A stretch of 62,304 nt of DNA, filler included, from Myxococcota bacterium (GTDB lineage Bacteria > Myxococcota_C > UBA6777): NCBI GenBank assembly GCA_023150835.1. It is 3 parts of 3 records of this genome, joined end to end, with 100 filler letters (N's around TTAATTAATTAA, not from the genome) between each part and the next. Parts side by side here need not be neighbours in the genome. Positions count along the whole stretch, not along the records: positions 47,181 to 62,304 come from JAKLKB010000153.1; 2 more parts are not named here. One strand, written 5' to 3'. The position numbers and the translations under genes are program-made. Under the pieces are notes generated by a model that was not told the origin of the DNA, did no database searches, and worked only from the letters and a program-made list of their open reading frames with translations. Within the stretch, counting starts at the first letter, position 1; each line of letters starts with the position of its first letter. Below are positions 53,983 to 62,304 of the stretch, one piece after another.

Positions 53983-54700
53983 GAGAGAGCAAGAAAGCCC
54001 GAAGGGACGAGAGATCGCTTACTGTTTGTCGATTGCATCGGGGACATGGTTGGACGCATCGCGGGCGATGGAGCAGTGCTTTTCGGTGTATCGGTATGTG
54101 GAGTTGTGGCTGGATCTTGTTGAGGGGGTGGAGATCGAGGAAGTCAGGGCGCTTTGTCGGCGTTGGCCAGATCGGATCGTGCTGTTGTTTCGGCGTCCAC
54201 AGCTTGCGGCGATCCAGATGCCTCAGACGCAGCGGGTTGGTTGGTTGGTTGCATTGGCTGCGGAGCCTGTGTGGTTTGATCTGGATACCCCTACACAGGC
54301 CGAAGATCTGCGCGATTGGTTTGCACTGCCCCAACGCCCCAAGCTGATCTTGTCCCATCACGACTATACCACCACGCCTTCCGAAGAGAGGCTTGCTGCG
54401 CTTTTGGCGGAGATGAAAGCGTGTGAGCCGACAGTCATCAAGATCGCGACCTATTGTCAGCAGCCCGAAGATGCTTTGCGATTGTTGCGATGGCAGGTGG
54501 CTTTGCGACGAGAAGGCTTGCGTGTGATCGTCTTGGGGATGGGAGAGCATGGCGTGATCACGCGGATATTTGGGGCGCTATGGGGCAATGAGATGAGTTT
54601 CGCCCCCCCTACCCCAAAACAAGCGTCTGCTCCCGGGCAATTGACGCGGGAACAGATGGAGGCGGTATTTGCGCTGCTGCGGGCGCAAGACGAGATCTGA
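53975..54700 (+). CDS. aroD: Type I 3-dehydroquinate dehydratase
   Basis: ILSHHDY, VIKIA, LGMGEHG..TRI and SAPGQL motifs. Confidence 0.88.
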   Translation: MFEREQESPKGREIAYCLSIASGTWLDASRAMEQCFSVYRYVELWLDLVEGVEIEEVRALCRRWPDRIVLLFRRPQLAAIQMPQTQRVGWLVALAAEPVWFDLDTPTQAEDLRDWFALPQRPKLILSHHDYTTTPSEERLAALLAEMKACEPTVIKIATYCQQPEDALRLLRWQVALRREGLRVIVLGMGEHGVITRIFGALWGNEMSFAPPTPKQASAPGQLTREQMEAVFALLRAQDEI

Positions 54701-54874
54701 GAGAAGTGTACGCGAAACGTCGACACGATCGGCTGTGGCAGCCCTGTTGTTGGGCAGCCACAGGGGGCTGCCCCTACGTGTTGTGATCGTATCATGGGCG
54801 GATTTTGTGATGCAGCACGAGAAAGATCGGGTCGCGGGAAACAAGTTGTGATCGTATCATGGGCGGATTTTGTG
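54694..54874. repeat. REP-containing element, family B, with a duplicated right end
   Basis: tgggcagccacagggggctgcccctac at 54751; ttgtgatcgtatcatgggcggattttgt occurs twice (about 54781 and 54846). Confidence 0.8.
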
Positions 54875-54908
54875 TCTCGTGGGGTTGTTTTGTGGGGGAG
54901 AGATCGTT

Positions 54909-55253
54909 TTAGGCCGCAGAAGGAGAGGCGGAAGGTGCGGGAGATGGGGAAGATGGGGCGGGAGATGGAGCGGAGGAAGGTGGTGTTGAAGAGGTGGAGG
55001 AATCAGAAGACGTAGAAGGAGTGGACTCGGAAGAAGAAGCGGCGGTGGTGTCTTTGTTTGGAGCGGAGCCTTTGCTGTAGCCGTCTTTGTACCAGCCGTC
55101 ACCTTTGAGGATGAAAGAGGTGCGGGAGAGCATTTTTTCCATGGTGGAGGAGCCGCATTTTTCGCAAGCATCGGGGGCTTTGGCGAGGGAAGCGCTTTGC
55201 ATCAATTCGACAATGTGACCACAGGCGGAACAACCATATTCGTAGAGTGGCAT
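54909..55253 (-). CDS. FmdB-family zinc-ribbon protein
   Basis: MPLYEYGCSACG...CEKCG...FILKGDGWY; Ser/Pro-rich tail. Confidence 0.92.
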   Translation of the reverse strand: MPLYEYGCSACGHIVELMQSASLAKAPDACEKCGSSTMEKMLSRTSFILKGDGWYKDGYSKGSAPNKDTTAASSSESTPSTSSDSSTSSTPPSSAPSPAPSSPSPAPSASPSAA

Positions 55254-55393
55254 GATGGAGATCCTTTCGCTGGTTTGGGGGCGAACCCCCTTAGGGAAAT
55301 GCGCAGAAGATATAATCCTTGGGGGTGTGCTTGACAAACGGTATCGGCACAAGACAGCTTTCACCTCCCATGCGCGCCGAGACGAAGGGCGAG

Positions 55394-56959
55394 ATGGGAA
55401 ACGATGATGTGTCCGTGTGGGTAGAGGAAGTGCAGATGTTGTGGTTGATCTTGTTGGTGATCTTTGTGCTGCATGGGGTGGTGTTGAGCTTTTTCGTGTT
55501 GTTGGAGCATCGGCATCCGACGTCGACGCTGGCGTGGATCTTGGCGTTGATCTTTGTGCCGTTTTTTGGGGTGTTGGCGTATTACTTGTTTGGTCGGATG
55601 CGCTATTCTAGGCATCGTCGCAAGCGGGTGCGGCGTTTGGGGGAGATGGGTTCGCAGATGGAAACCTTGGCGCATCCGATGGTGGGTTTGGGGGGGGTGG
55701 AGTTGCCTTGGTGGGAGGCGGATACAGCGGAGCTGTTGCAGATGGAAGAGTCAGGATTGCGGGGGATGTTGGGTGTTGCGGGGGGGCTGCCGCAAGATCC
55801 GCGATTTGGGAGTTTGATGGCGTTGGCGCAGCGGGTTTCGGACGCGCAGATATCATACGACAACAAGATCACGTTGTTGCAGGATGGTCAGGCGACATTT
55901 TCGGCGATGGAGCAGTCGCTGTTGGGGGCGCGGGTGCATATCCACGTCTGTTATTACATCATTCGTCCCGATGAGACGGGGAGATGGTTGCGAGACTTGT
56001 TGGTGAAAAAAGCCAAAGAAGGGGTCGAGGTGCGTGTGCTCTACGATGCGATCGGTTCGTATGCGTTGGGAGAAGACTTTTGGTCATCGCTACGAGCGGT
56101 CGGGGCGAAGGTTTCGGCGTTTTCGCCGATTCGGTTTCAAGCGCGGATGGGCGGGTCGAGTATGAACTTCCGCAACCACCGAAAGATCGTGGTGGTGGAT
56201 GGGGTGGTGGGTTTTACGGGCGGCTTGAATATTGGGGATGAATACAAAGGCTCTTGGGGGGGAGACACACATTGGCGGGATACGCACTTGATGTTGCAGG
56301 GGCCGGCAGTGCGGGATCTACAGTTGGTGTTTGGGGAGGATTGGTATTACACGACCCAAGAAGGTCTGGCCGAGGAGCGGTATTTTCCAGCGAAGATCGC
56401 TTCGGTGGGAGAGGCGCGTGTGCAGATTATTCCATCGGGGCCGGATGAGCCGTGGGATAGTCTGCATCTGATCTTTTTTGTGGCGATCGCGAATGCACAG
56501 GAGCGAGTGTGGATCACGACACCGTACTTTGTGCCGAACGAAGGGATCTTGACGGCATTAAAAACCTCGGCGTTGCGGGGTGTGGATGTGCGTTTGCTGT
56601 TGCCAGAACACAGCGACGAAAAGCTGGTATGGTTTGCGGGGCGCTCGTATTATCGGGATCTTTTGCGTGCGGGGGTGCGGATCTATGAGTACAAAAAGGG
56701 CGTGTTGCACGCGAAGTCGATGTGCATCGATGGTGTTTTTGGGACGGTGGGATCGGCCAATATGGATATCCGCAGTTTTCAGTTGAACTTTGAATTGAAT
56801 GCGTTGATGTACAGCACCGATCTTGCGCAGCAGATGGAAGCGACTTTTCTTGAAGATCTCCAAGACGCCCAAGAAGTCGAGTTGATCGAGTTTTTGCAAC
56901 GGCCTTTGTCGCAACGTTTGATGGAGGCAGGAGCGCGATTGTTGTCGCCATTGTTGTGA
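55394..56959 (+). CDS. cls: Cardiolipin synthase
   Basis: Two N-terminal TM helices; two HKD motifs (NHRKIVVVD and LHAKSMCID); GSANMDIRSF. Confidence 0.95.
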   Translation: MGNDDVSVWVEEVQMLWLILLVIFVLHGVVLSFFVLLEHRHPTSTLAWILALIFVPFFGVLAYYLFGRMRYSRHRRKRVRRLGEMGSQMETLAHPMVGLGGVELPWWEADTAELLQMEESGLRGMLGVAGGLPQDPRFGSLMALAQRVSDAQISYDNKITLLQDGQATFSAMEQSLLGARVHIHVCYYIIRPDETGRWLRDLLVKKAKEGVEVRVLYDAIGSYALGEDFWSSLRAVGAKVSAFSPIRFQARMGGSSMNFRNHRKIVVVDGVVGFTGGLNIGDEYKGSWGGDTHWRDTHLMLQGPAVRDLQLVFGEDWYYTTQEGLAEERYFPAKIASVGEARVQIIPSGPDEPWDSLHLIFFVAIANAQERVWITTPYFVPNEGILTALKTSALRGVDVRLLLPEHSDEKLVWFAGRSYYRDLLRAGVRIYEYKKGVLHAKSMCIDGVFGTVGSANMDIRSFQLNFELNALMYSTDLAQQMEATFLEDLQDAQEVELIEFLQRPLSQRLMEAGARLLSPLL

Positions 56960-57014
56960 AGGTGTGCGGTGTGTGTCGACTGTGGGGACGGTGGTGCGGG
57001 GAGAGATCGTGGGT

Positions 57015-59381
57015 TTAGGTGCGGAGGTTGTGGGGATCGTCAAGAGCGTTTTCGTTGTGGGGGTCGTGTTCATCGTGTTCGTGGTGTTTGGCTTCAGGGG
57101 AAGGGGTATCGAGGGCGGGTGGTGCGAAGTGTTGCCGTTCTTTGGAGTCGTACCAAGTCCAGCGGGGATCGTCGGGTGAAGGGCTTTCTTGGGGAGGGAG
57201 AGAGCCCCATCCCCATCCAGCGAGGACGGGGGTGATGGAGGGTAGCTCGTCTTGGGAGGGCGGAGGAGTTTCGAGAGGTTTGGTGGGGAGGTAGAGTTGG
57301 ACGCGATCGCGCCCGTTGTGTTTGGCTTTGTAGAGGGCTTGGTCGGCGGCTTGGAAGAGCTGACCGAGATCTTGAGCATGTTGTGGAAAGGTGGAAACGC
57401 CGATGGATACGGTGATATGGAAGACTTCGGGGTCGTGGCCATCGGAGCAAATGTTGAGTTCGGCGATCTGTGCGCGCAATCGGTCGGCGAGGCGTAGAGC
57501 GCCGTGTGCGTCGGTTTCTTCGAGGAGGATAGCGAATTCTTCGCCGCCGTATCGGGCAGGGATATCGATTTCGCGGACGGTGGATTGGAGGACTTGGGCG
57601 ACATGGTGGAGGACGCGGTCGCCGGTGGGGTGGCCGTAGGTGTCGTTGATGCGTTTGAAGTGGTCGATATCGAGCATGAGGAAGGAGAGAGGGCGTTTGA
57701 AGCGGCGAGCGGCTTCAAACTGTGTGTGTGCGCGTTCCATGAGGGTACGGTGGTTGAAGAGTCCGGTCAGTCCGTCACGAGAGGCGAGGTATTCCATGCG
57801 TGCGAAGTTTTGGAGATGAGAGAACAGAGGGGCGACGTGGTTGGCGAGAGCGCCGAGATGCTTTTCGGTTTCTTCGGAGGCGAAGGCTTGGGGATCGCGG
57901 GCTCCGAGTGCGATGACGCCGATGGATTGGTCATGAAGGACAAGAGGGAGCAGATAAAGAGAGCCGATTTCTGGGAGATGATCGGGGTCTTCTTGGGCGA
58001 GGAAAGGGCCATGAGATCGGAGGTGTCCACGTTCGGGGAGAGGGCATTTGTGTTTAAGTGCGAGGGCGAGGAGGGAAGGGCCGAGAGGAAGGGTTTGATC
58101 GAGGAGTTGGGTGACAGGACCAGAAGTAGCGAGGATCGCGTGGTGACGTTGATCGGCTTCGATGCGGGAGACAAAGCCCCAATCGAACGAGGCAAAGCAA
58201 GAAGCGGCTTCGAGGGTGAGGGTAGCGAGAGAGCGTTCGGTGGTGGCGCGGTTAAGGCGCTGTCCGACTTCGTGAAGGGTGTGGAGGTATTGGTTGGCGC
58301 GGTCGGAACGGCGGTGAGAGCGTTCGCTTTGAAGGATGCGGGAAAAGAGTATGGCGGCGGCTTGGAGCATACTTTCTTCGCGGGGCGAAAAGGGGACAGG
58401 GTTGATGCGATCAGCGCAGATGGCGCCACGGATCTGTTCGCCTTGTCGGATGGGAACAGCGAGCATAGCGTGAACGACGGTGTGACGGGTGTAATAGGGG
58501 AGGTGAAGGCTGTTGTCGTTCTTGCGGAAGATGCGCAGAGTGTTTTGATGTCTGAAGACGTTGGCGAGCATACCTTGGTGGATGGAGAAGGGACCATCGT
58601 CGATGTGGGGTGCGTTGGTTTCGATGTCAGCGAGGACATAGTTTTGTCCGCTGCTATCGAGCCAAACGAGGGCGCATCCGTGTGCATCGAGTCCTTCGCG
58701 TAGGGTGGAGAGTATGTGTGTGCGTTCTTGTCCGAAGGCTTCGATGGATATCTCCGACATCGTGAGGGGGAGAGGTTCTTCATTGTGTACGGGCGGGGTG
58801 GTGGGCCGTTGTTCGCGGACGCGGCGGAGGTTGCTGCGATGGCGTTGCACGCTCCACAACAATCCATGCAAGCACAGGTGATGCGATATGCCAAAGAGAC
58901 CGAGATACACGAGGTGCAAAGCACCGCGTCCAACGTCGGAGGCAAGGGGAGGTCTGCTCGCGAGCATCGCGGCGATCTCGAGGAGCATGGCGTAACCAAA
59001 CCACACACCACCTTGGGAAGACGTGCCAAAACTGGCAAGGAAAGCAATACTCAAGTAAAACAGCGGATAGAAAGGAGAATAGAGTCCTCCCGTCAAGCGC
59101 AACAAGATCATCACGCCGCCAAGCACCGCAAAGCCGAGTCCTTGCCAAGCTTCAAAGGACGGTTCTTCGCTGCGTTCGAGCCAGAAGCGGACGACGCCAC
59201 AGTAGAGTTCCCACGCGAGCCAGCACACAAAGATCCCCATGACAGGGAGAACGAGTTCGATGCGCGGCGTGGTTTGATCAAGGGTTCCCGATAAGACAAG
59301 CAAAAGCAGCCCTGCTGCGGCGAGCAGGGTGAGCGTGCGTTGATAAGGCTGAGGACGAAGCGTCGTGGCGTAAGAACGCAT
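57015..59381 (-). CDS. Membrane-bound GAF-GAF diguanylate cyclase
   Basis: N-terminal TM bundle; DGLTGLFN, DIDHFKRINDTYGH, RxxD I-site (REID), RYGGEEF. Confidence 0.93.
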   Translation of the reverse strand: MRSYATTLRPQPYQRTLTLLAAAGLLLLVLSGTLDQTTPRIELVLPVMGIFVCWLAWELYCGVVRFWLERSEEPSFEAWQGLGFAVLGGVMILLRLTGGLYSPFYPLFYLSIAFLASFGTSSQGGVWFGYAMLLEIAAMLASRPPLASDVGRGALHLVYLGLFGISHHLCLHGLLWSVQRHRSNLRRVREQRPTTPPVHNEEPLPLTMSEISIEAFGQERTHILSTLREGLDAHGCALVWLDSSGQNYVLADIETNAPHIDDGPFSIHQGMLANVFRHQNTLRIFRKNDNSLHLPYYTRHTVVHAMLAVPIRQGEQIRGAICADRINPVPFSPREESMLQAAAILFSRILQSERSHRRSDRANQYLHTLHEVGQRLNRATTERSLATLTLEAASCFASFDWGFVSRIEADQRHHAILATSGPVTQLLDQTLPLGPSLLALALKHKCPLPERGHLRSHGPFLAQEDPDHLPEIGSLYLLPLVLHDQSIGVIALGARDPQAFASEETEKHLGALANHVAPLFSHLQNFARMEYLASRDGLTGLFNHRTLMERAHTQFEAARRFKRPLSFLMLDIDHFKRINDTYGHPTGDRVLHHVAQVLQSTVREIDIPARYGGEEFAILLEETDAHGALRLADRLRAQIAELNICSDGHDPEVFHITVSIGVSTFPQHAQDLGQLFQAADQALYKAKHNGRDRVQLYLPTKPLETPPPSQDELPSITPVLAGWGWGSLPPQESPSPDDPRWTWYDSKERQHFAPPALDTPSPEAKHHEHDEHDPHNENALDDPHNLRT

Positions 59382-59485
59382 CCTCTCTCCGTGTCTGTCG
59401 CTTCACGGGGTCGGCACGTGAAGGCTGAAGGTCAAAGATGAGAAGGCTTCAAAGGGAGCAAGAAAGCCTGATCGGCAAGCGAGGA

Positions 59486-59770
59486 TCACTTGGGGCAGAT
59501 CACGACGATCTCGTTGGGTTTGGTTAAAAAGAGGTGATCGCGTGCGGCTTGTTCGGCCGCACGTTGGTCGTAACGCAGCGCTGTGATCTTGCGTCGAAGG
59601 ACGTCGTTTTCTCGGCGTGCGAAGTGGTTTTGCTGGTGTTGTTGGTTGATCTGTGCGCGCAGTTGTTGGTACGAACGCTGGGGGCCTGTGGGATGAGTGA
59701 CCCACCATCCGTACGCTGCGGTGATGGCCATGCAAGAGAACAGAAACAGGATGCGGACGCCAACGTTCAT
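59486..59770 (-). CDS. Septum formation initiator (FtsB/DivIC-like)
   Basis: TM helix, coiled coil and EQAARDHLFLTKPNEIV. Confidence 0.85.
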   Translation of the reverse strand: MNVGVRILFLFSCMAITAAYGWWVTHPTGPQRSYQQLRAQINQQHQQNHFARRENDVLRRKITALRYDQRAAEQAARDHLFLTKPNEIVVICPK

Positions 59771-60036
59771 GGGGGGACTCCGTTGCATCGGATATGGATC
59801 ATCGCGGTGGGAAGGCAGCCTTGACGGCTCGGTGACACATTTTCCACAAGATACAAGGCGTACGGGATGGCGTCAAGAAATCCTCTCGTTTTCTTTGGGC
59901 ATCGGATCATCTGGACAGATCACGCCTTCGTTTGAGGACGGTGTAGAAAACGAGAAAAGGCGATGGTGTGGTGGATAGAAAGCCTTGAGGCGTGTCAAGT
60001 TTGTCGGAGTTTACGGTAGGCAAAGGAGAAAAGAGG

Positions 60037-61005
60037 ATGGTGTGGTGGAGAGGACTGGCGTTGTGGTGCGTGGGTTTGGTGCTGTGGGGTTGTCAGCGAG
60101 CCCATTCGGGAGAAAAGCGGACGGATTGTGCGAAGTGTTCGGTCGATGCAGAAGGAGTGGTGCGCTGGCCAGCGCAAGCACGATCAGGCGGCTCGTCAAG
60201 ATTCTGGAAACACTGGGGGGACGGACGGGCGGAGTTGTCGAGTTATCGGGCGCAAGTCGAGCGATACGGGGTTTTGAGAGATGCAGAAGTGGTAAAGATC
60301 TTTGTGACGGAGCCGATGGATCGGCGAACATGGATCAAAGACGATGGCGCTCCTCGTGCGCAACAAGTCCAAGTCCTCAAGTTGAATCAGATGATCAAGT
60401 TCCAAACAGGCATCTACCCGTATTCTGTGATGACCAGTACTTTTTCACCCGCAGGGCGTTGGCGGTCAGAAGCTTTTGCACCCGCGAAGATCACGCTTAC
60501 CGCTCAAGAATGGTGCGGTCATGTGTTTGAGGGGCTCTGGGCAGGGCCTGATCAGATGATGACGCAGGTGCGTTCTTATTTTTCAAGCGAGGGTGAAAAG
60601 ACAGCGATCCAAAAGATCGACGCCAAGACGTTGTATGAGGATGCTTTGTGGATCCAGTTGCGTGAGTGGGAGGGGCCGTTTGCGCAGGGCAAGTCGTGGC
60701 GCGGGCCCGTCGTCCCGTCGCTTTGGCGTGTACGCAAAAAGCACATCGCAACAGCCCCGATACAAGGGGAGATCCAACGTGAAGAAGCGACACGCGAGGG
60801 GGCGGCTGTTCGGCGTTTTACGCTGCGTTATGCGGGTTATTGGAAGCGGATCGATATCGAAGCGGCATGGCCACACCGAGTTCTCGGATGGTCGGCCTCG
60901 GATGGAGAAAAAGCCACCTTACAAGGAAGCAAGAGGCTGGCTTATTGGATGCTCAATGGTCCGAAGGATACGGGATATCGCAAACAGATCGGTCTCAAAG
61001 AGTAG
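60037..61005 (+). CDS. Conserved hypothetical lipoprotein
   Basis: LWGC lipobox; WGDGRAELSSY..RYG..IFVTEP, VLKLN, QEWCGH. Confidence 0.75.
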   Translation: MVWWRGLALWCVGLVLWGCQRAHSGEKRTDCAKCSVDAEGVVRWPAQARSGGSSRFWKHWGDGRAELSSYRAQVERYGVLRDAEVVKIFVTEPMDRRTWIKDDGAPRAQQVQVLKLNQMIKFQTGIYPYSVMTSTFSPAGRWRSEAFAPAKITLTAQEWCGHVFEGLWAGPDQMMTQVRSYFSSEGEKTAIQKIDAKTLYEDALWIQLREWEGPFAQGKSWRGPVVPSLWRVRKKHIATAPIQGEIQREEATREGAAVRRFTLRYAGYWKRIDIEAAWPHRVLGWSASDGEKATLQGSKRLAYWMLNGPKDTGYRKQIGLKE

Positions 61006-61036
61006 AGGGTCGTTGCTATCGATTGGATGTTGTCCG

Positions 61037-61154
61037 ATATCCGAGAGAAGTGCATACAAAGGGTCGATGCGATCTGTTGTAAACGCCCTGTGGTTGGGCA
61101 GCCACAGGGGGCTGCCCCTACATTTTGCGATCACACAACAGGCGGATTTTGTAT
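61037..61154. repeat. REP-containing element, family B
   Basis: atatccgagagaagtgcat...gggcagccacagggggctgcccctac...ggcggattttgtat. Confidence 0.8.
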
Positions 61155-62304
61155 CAGCGTTTGCAGATGACGGCGGCACAGGATTGACGGGCTTGACGGA
61201 TAAGACGGAAGTAGGCTGTGCCTTTTTTGCAACGTGCGCGGACTTGGTGGGCGGGGCAGACGAGGGGGACACATTGCCAACGCAAGCAAGCACGAGGACC
61301 CAAGAAACGCTGAACAGGGACGGCGATGGCCTGTCTGGGGCAGTTGGTTCGTGTGTTCATCGGGGGGCATCCTGCGTGGGCTTGGAGGACCGTTTCTTGG
61401 GGCTGAACACATCGGTACATCGGGCAACCGACGCCACGAAGGATATCTGCGGTTAGGCGCAAGACGCGACCTGTTGGACAACCGACAGGGCGAGGTTGGG
61501 GACAACGCGGATCAGCAGCGTGTTTGGGTGTGGGACGGAAGGTGTGCTGCGGTCGGAAAGTGGGCTGTGTCCGATGTGGTGGTCGGAAGGTGGGTTGTGT
61601 CCGAAGTGTGGGACGCAGCGTGGGATGTGGCCGGTGTGGTGGGCGAAAAGTGGGATGTGGCCGGTGTGGTGGGCGAAAAGTGGGATGTGGCCGGTGTGTC
61701 GGAGTGGGTGGAAGGGTTGCGACAGGGGCAGGGCAGATCCATCGGTAGCAGGTTTGTCGGTGGTGGATGTAGGCTTGTTTGAGGGGAGCGCCAAAAGAGC
61801 AACGCAAGGGCCTGAGGGGAGGGCATGGTGGAGTGGCACAACGCAGGCGAGTGCAGACTTTTCCAAGGAAGGTAAAGGGGGTGGGTCGGGGGCGTTGTCC
61901 TGCGGTGCATTGTGGGGGCGGATAGGTGGGGCATTGGATAGGGACACATCGGAAGCGCTGGCAGGAAAGGCCGAAGTATCGGTAGGGTTCGGCTTTGGGC
62001 ATTTGATTTGGGCGACAAGACGGGGTGACGGGGGGGCATGTGGTGATCGGTGTGCAACGGGTTCGTCTACAGCGAAGTCCTTGGTGAGCAAAGGCTTCGA
62101 TGCGGGGTTGTGTTCCGGGGCGGCAGCGCTGGGGTCGTTCGGCAGGGCAGCGAGCGGGGATGCAGGTGGTTTTTTCGCAACGCAAGGAGGCAAAATTGTA
62201 GGGGGTGCGTTGAAGGAGAAGGCCTGAGCCGCAATAGGTGGGGCCGCTGGGTGGGCATTGGACGCGTTGGCAGATCCAACGTTGGCAGGAGATGCCTTGG
62301 AAGG
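61154..62304 (-). CDS. Cys/Pro/Arg-rich repeat protein (5' end beyond the window)
   Basis: Frame stays open to the window edge; ~33-aa four-Cys repeats; 30-bp HRPHPTFRPP repeats at about 61530-61710. Confidence 0.75.
   Translation of the reverse strand, partial: FQGISCQRWICQRVQCPPSGPTYCGSGLLLQRTPYNFASLRCEKTTCIPARCPAERPQRCRPGTQPRIEAFAHQGLRCRRTRCTPITTCPPVTPSCRPNQMPKAEPYRYFGLSCQRFRCVPIQCPTYPPPQCTAGQRPRPTPFTFLGKVCTRLRCATPPCPPLRPLRCSFGAPLKQAYIHHRQTCYRWICPAPVATLPPTPTHRPHPTFRPPHRPHPTFRPPHRPHPTLRPTLRTQPTFRPPHRTQPTFRPQHTFRPTPKHAADPRCPQPRPVGCPTGRVLRLTADILRGVGCPMYRCVQPQETVLQAHAGCPPMNTRTNCPRQAIAVPVQRFLGPRACLRWQCVPLVCPAHQVRARCKKGTAYFRLIRQARQSCAAVICKR

Noticed and set aside
57504-59047. Long overlapping ORFs (399 and 426 aa) on other frames of the GGDEF gene
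   Set aside because: Antisense or off-frame shadows from biased codon usage; no motifs.

Overview
The window joins three contigs with artificial N44-TTAATTAATTAA-N44 linkers (15468-15567 and 47081-47180), so adjacency across those points is not biological. Gene content (Ser/Thr kinases, Cys-rich secreted proteins, GC-rich REP-like repeats) suggests a Myxococcota-like genome (inference). Contig 1 (1-15467) is ordinary chromosome: a PASTA protein, two kinases, a CBM9-like lipoprotein, rlmE, an S8 peptidase and an acyltransferase. Contig 3 (47181-62304) carries a shikimate cluster (aroF, aroB, aroA-aroK fusion, aroE, type I aroD) interrupted by an Rpn-family nuclease, then a FmdB-like gene, cls, a GAF-GGDEF cyclase and an ftsB-like gene. 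Contig 2 (15568-47080) is accessory and holds the most interesting biology. It has mazEF, a structured intergenic region, an AT-rich three-gene operon of unknown function, a roughly 12.8 kb tightly coupled minus-strand operon, a REP-truncated higA, and a Tc-like toxin complex (TcA-like ~3100 aa, TcB/SpvB-like). The 12.8 kb operon encodes a transglutaminase-fold Cys-His-Asp enzyme, four C-terminally membrane-anchored small proteins (one split by a MITE), a ~1860 aa DarB-like N6-methyltransferase/SF2 helicase, and a ~1350 aa polyvalent protein. That last protein fuses a phage-type YRNLH domain, a beta-clamp-like domain and a Dam-like methylase, with a repeated SGYR[E/D]NP motif at two domain junctions. 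Best candidate for a new system: a virus-like, membrane-associated module delivering protease-processed anti-restriction polyproteins. This is a hypothesis; no capsid, integrase or packaging ATPase gene is visible here.
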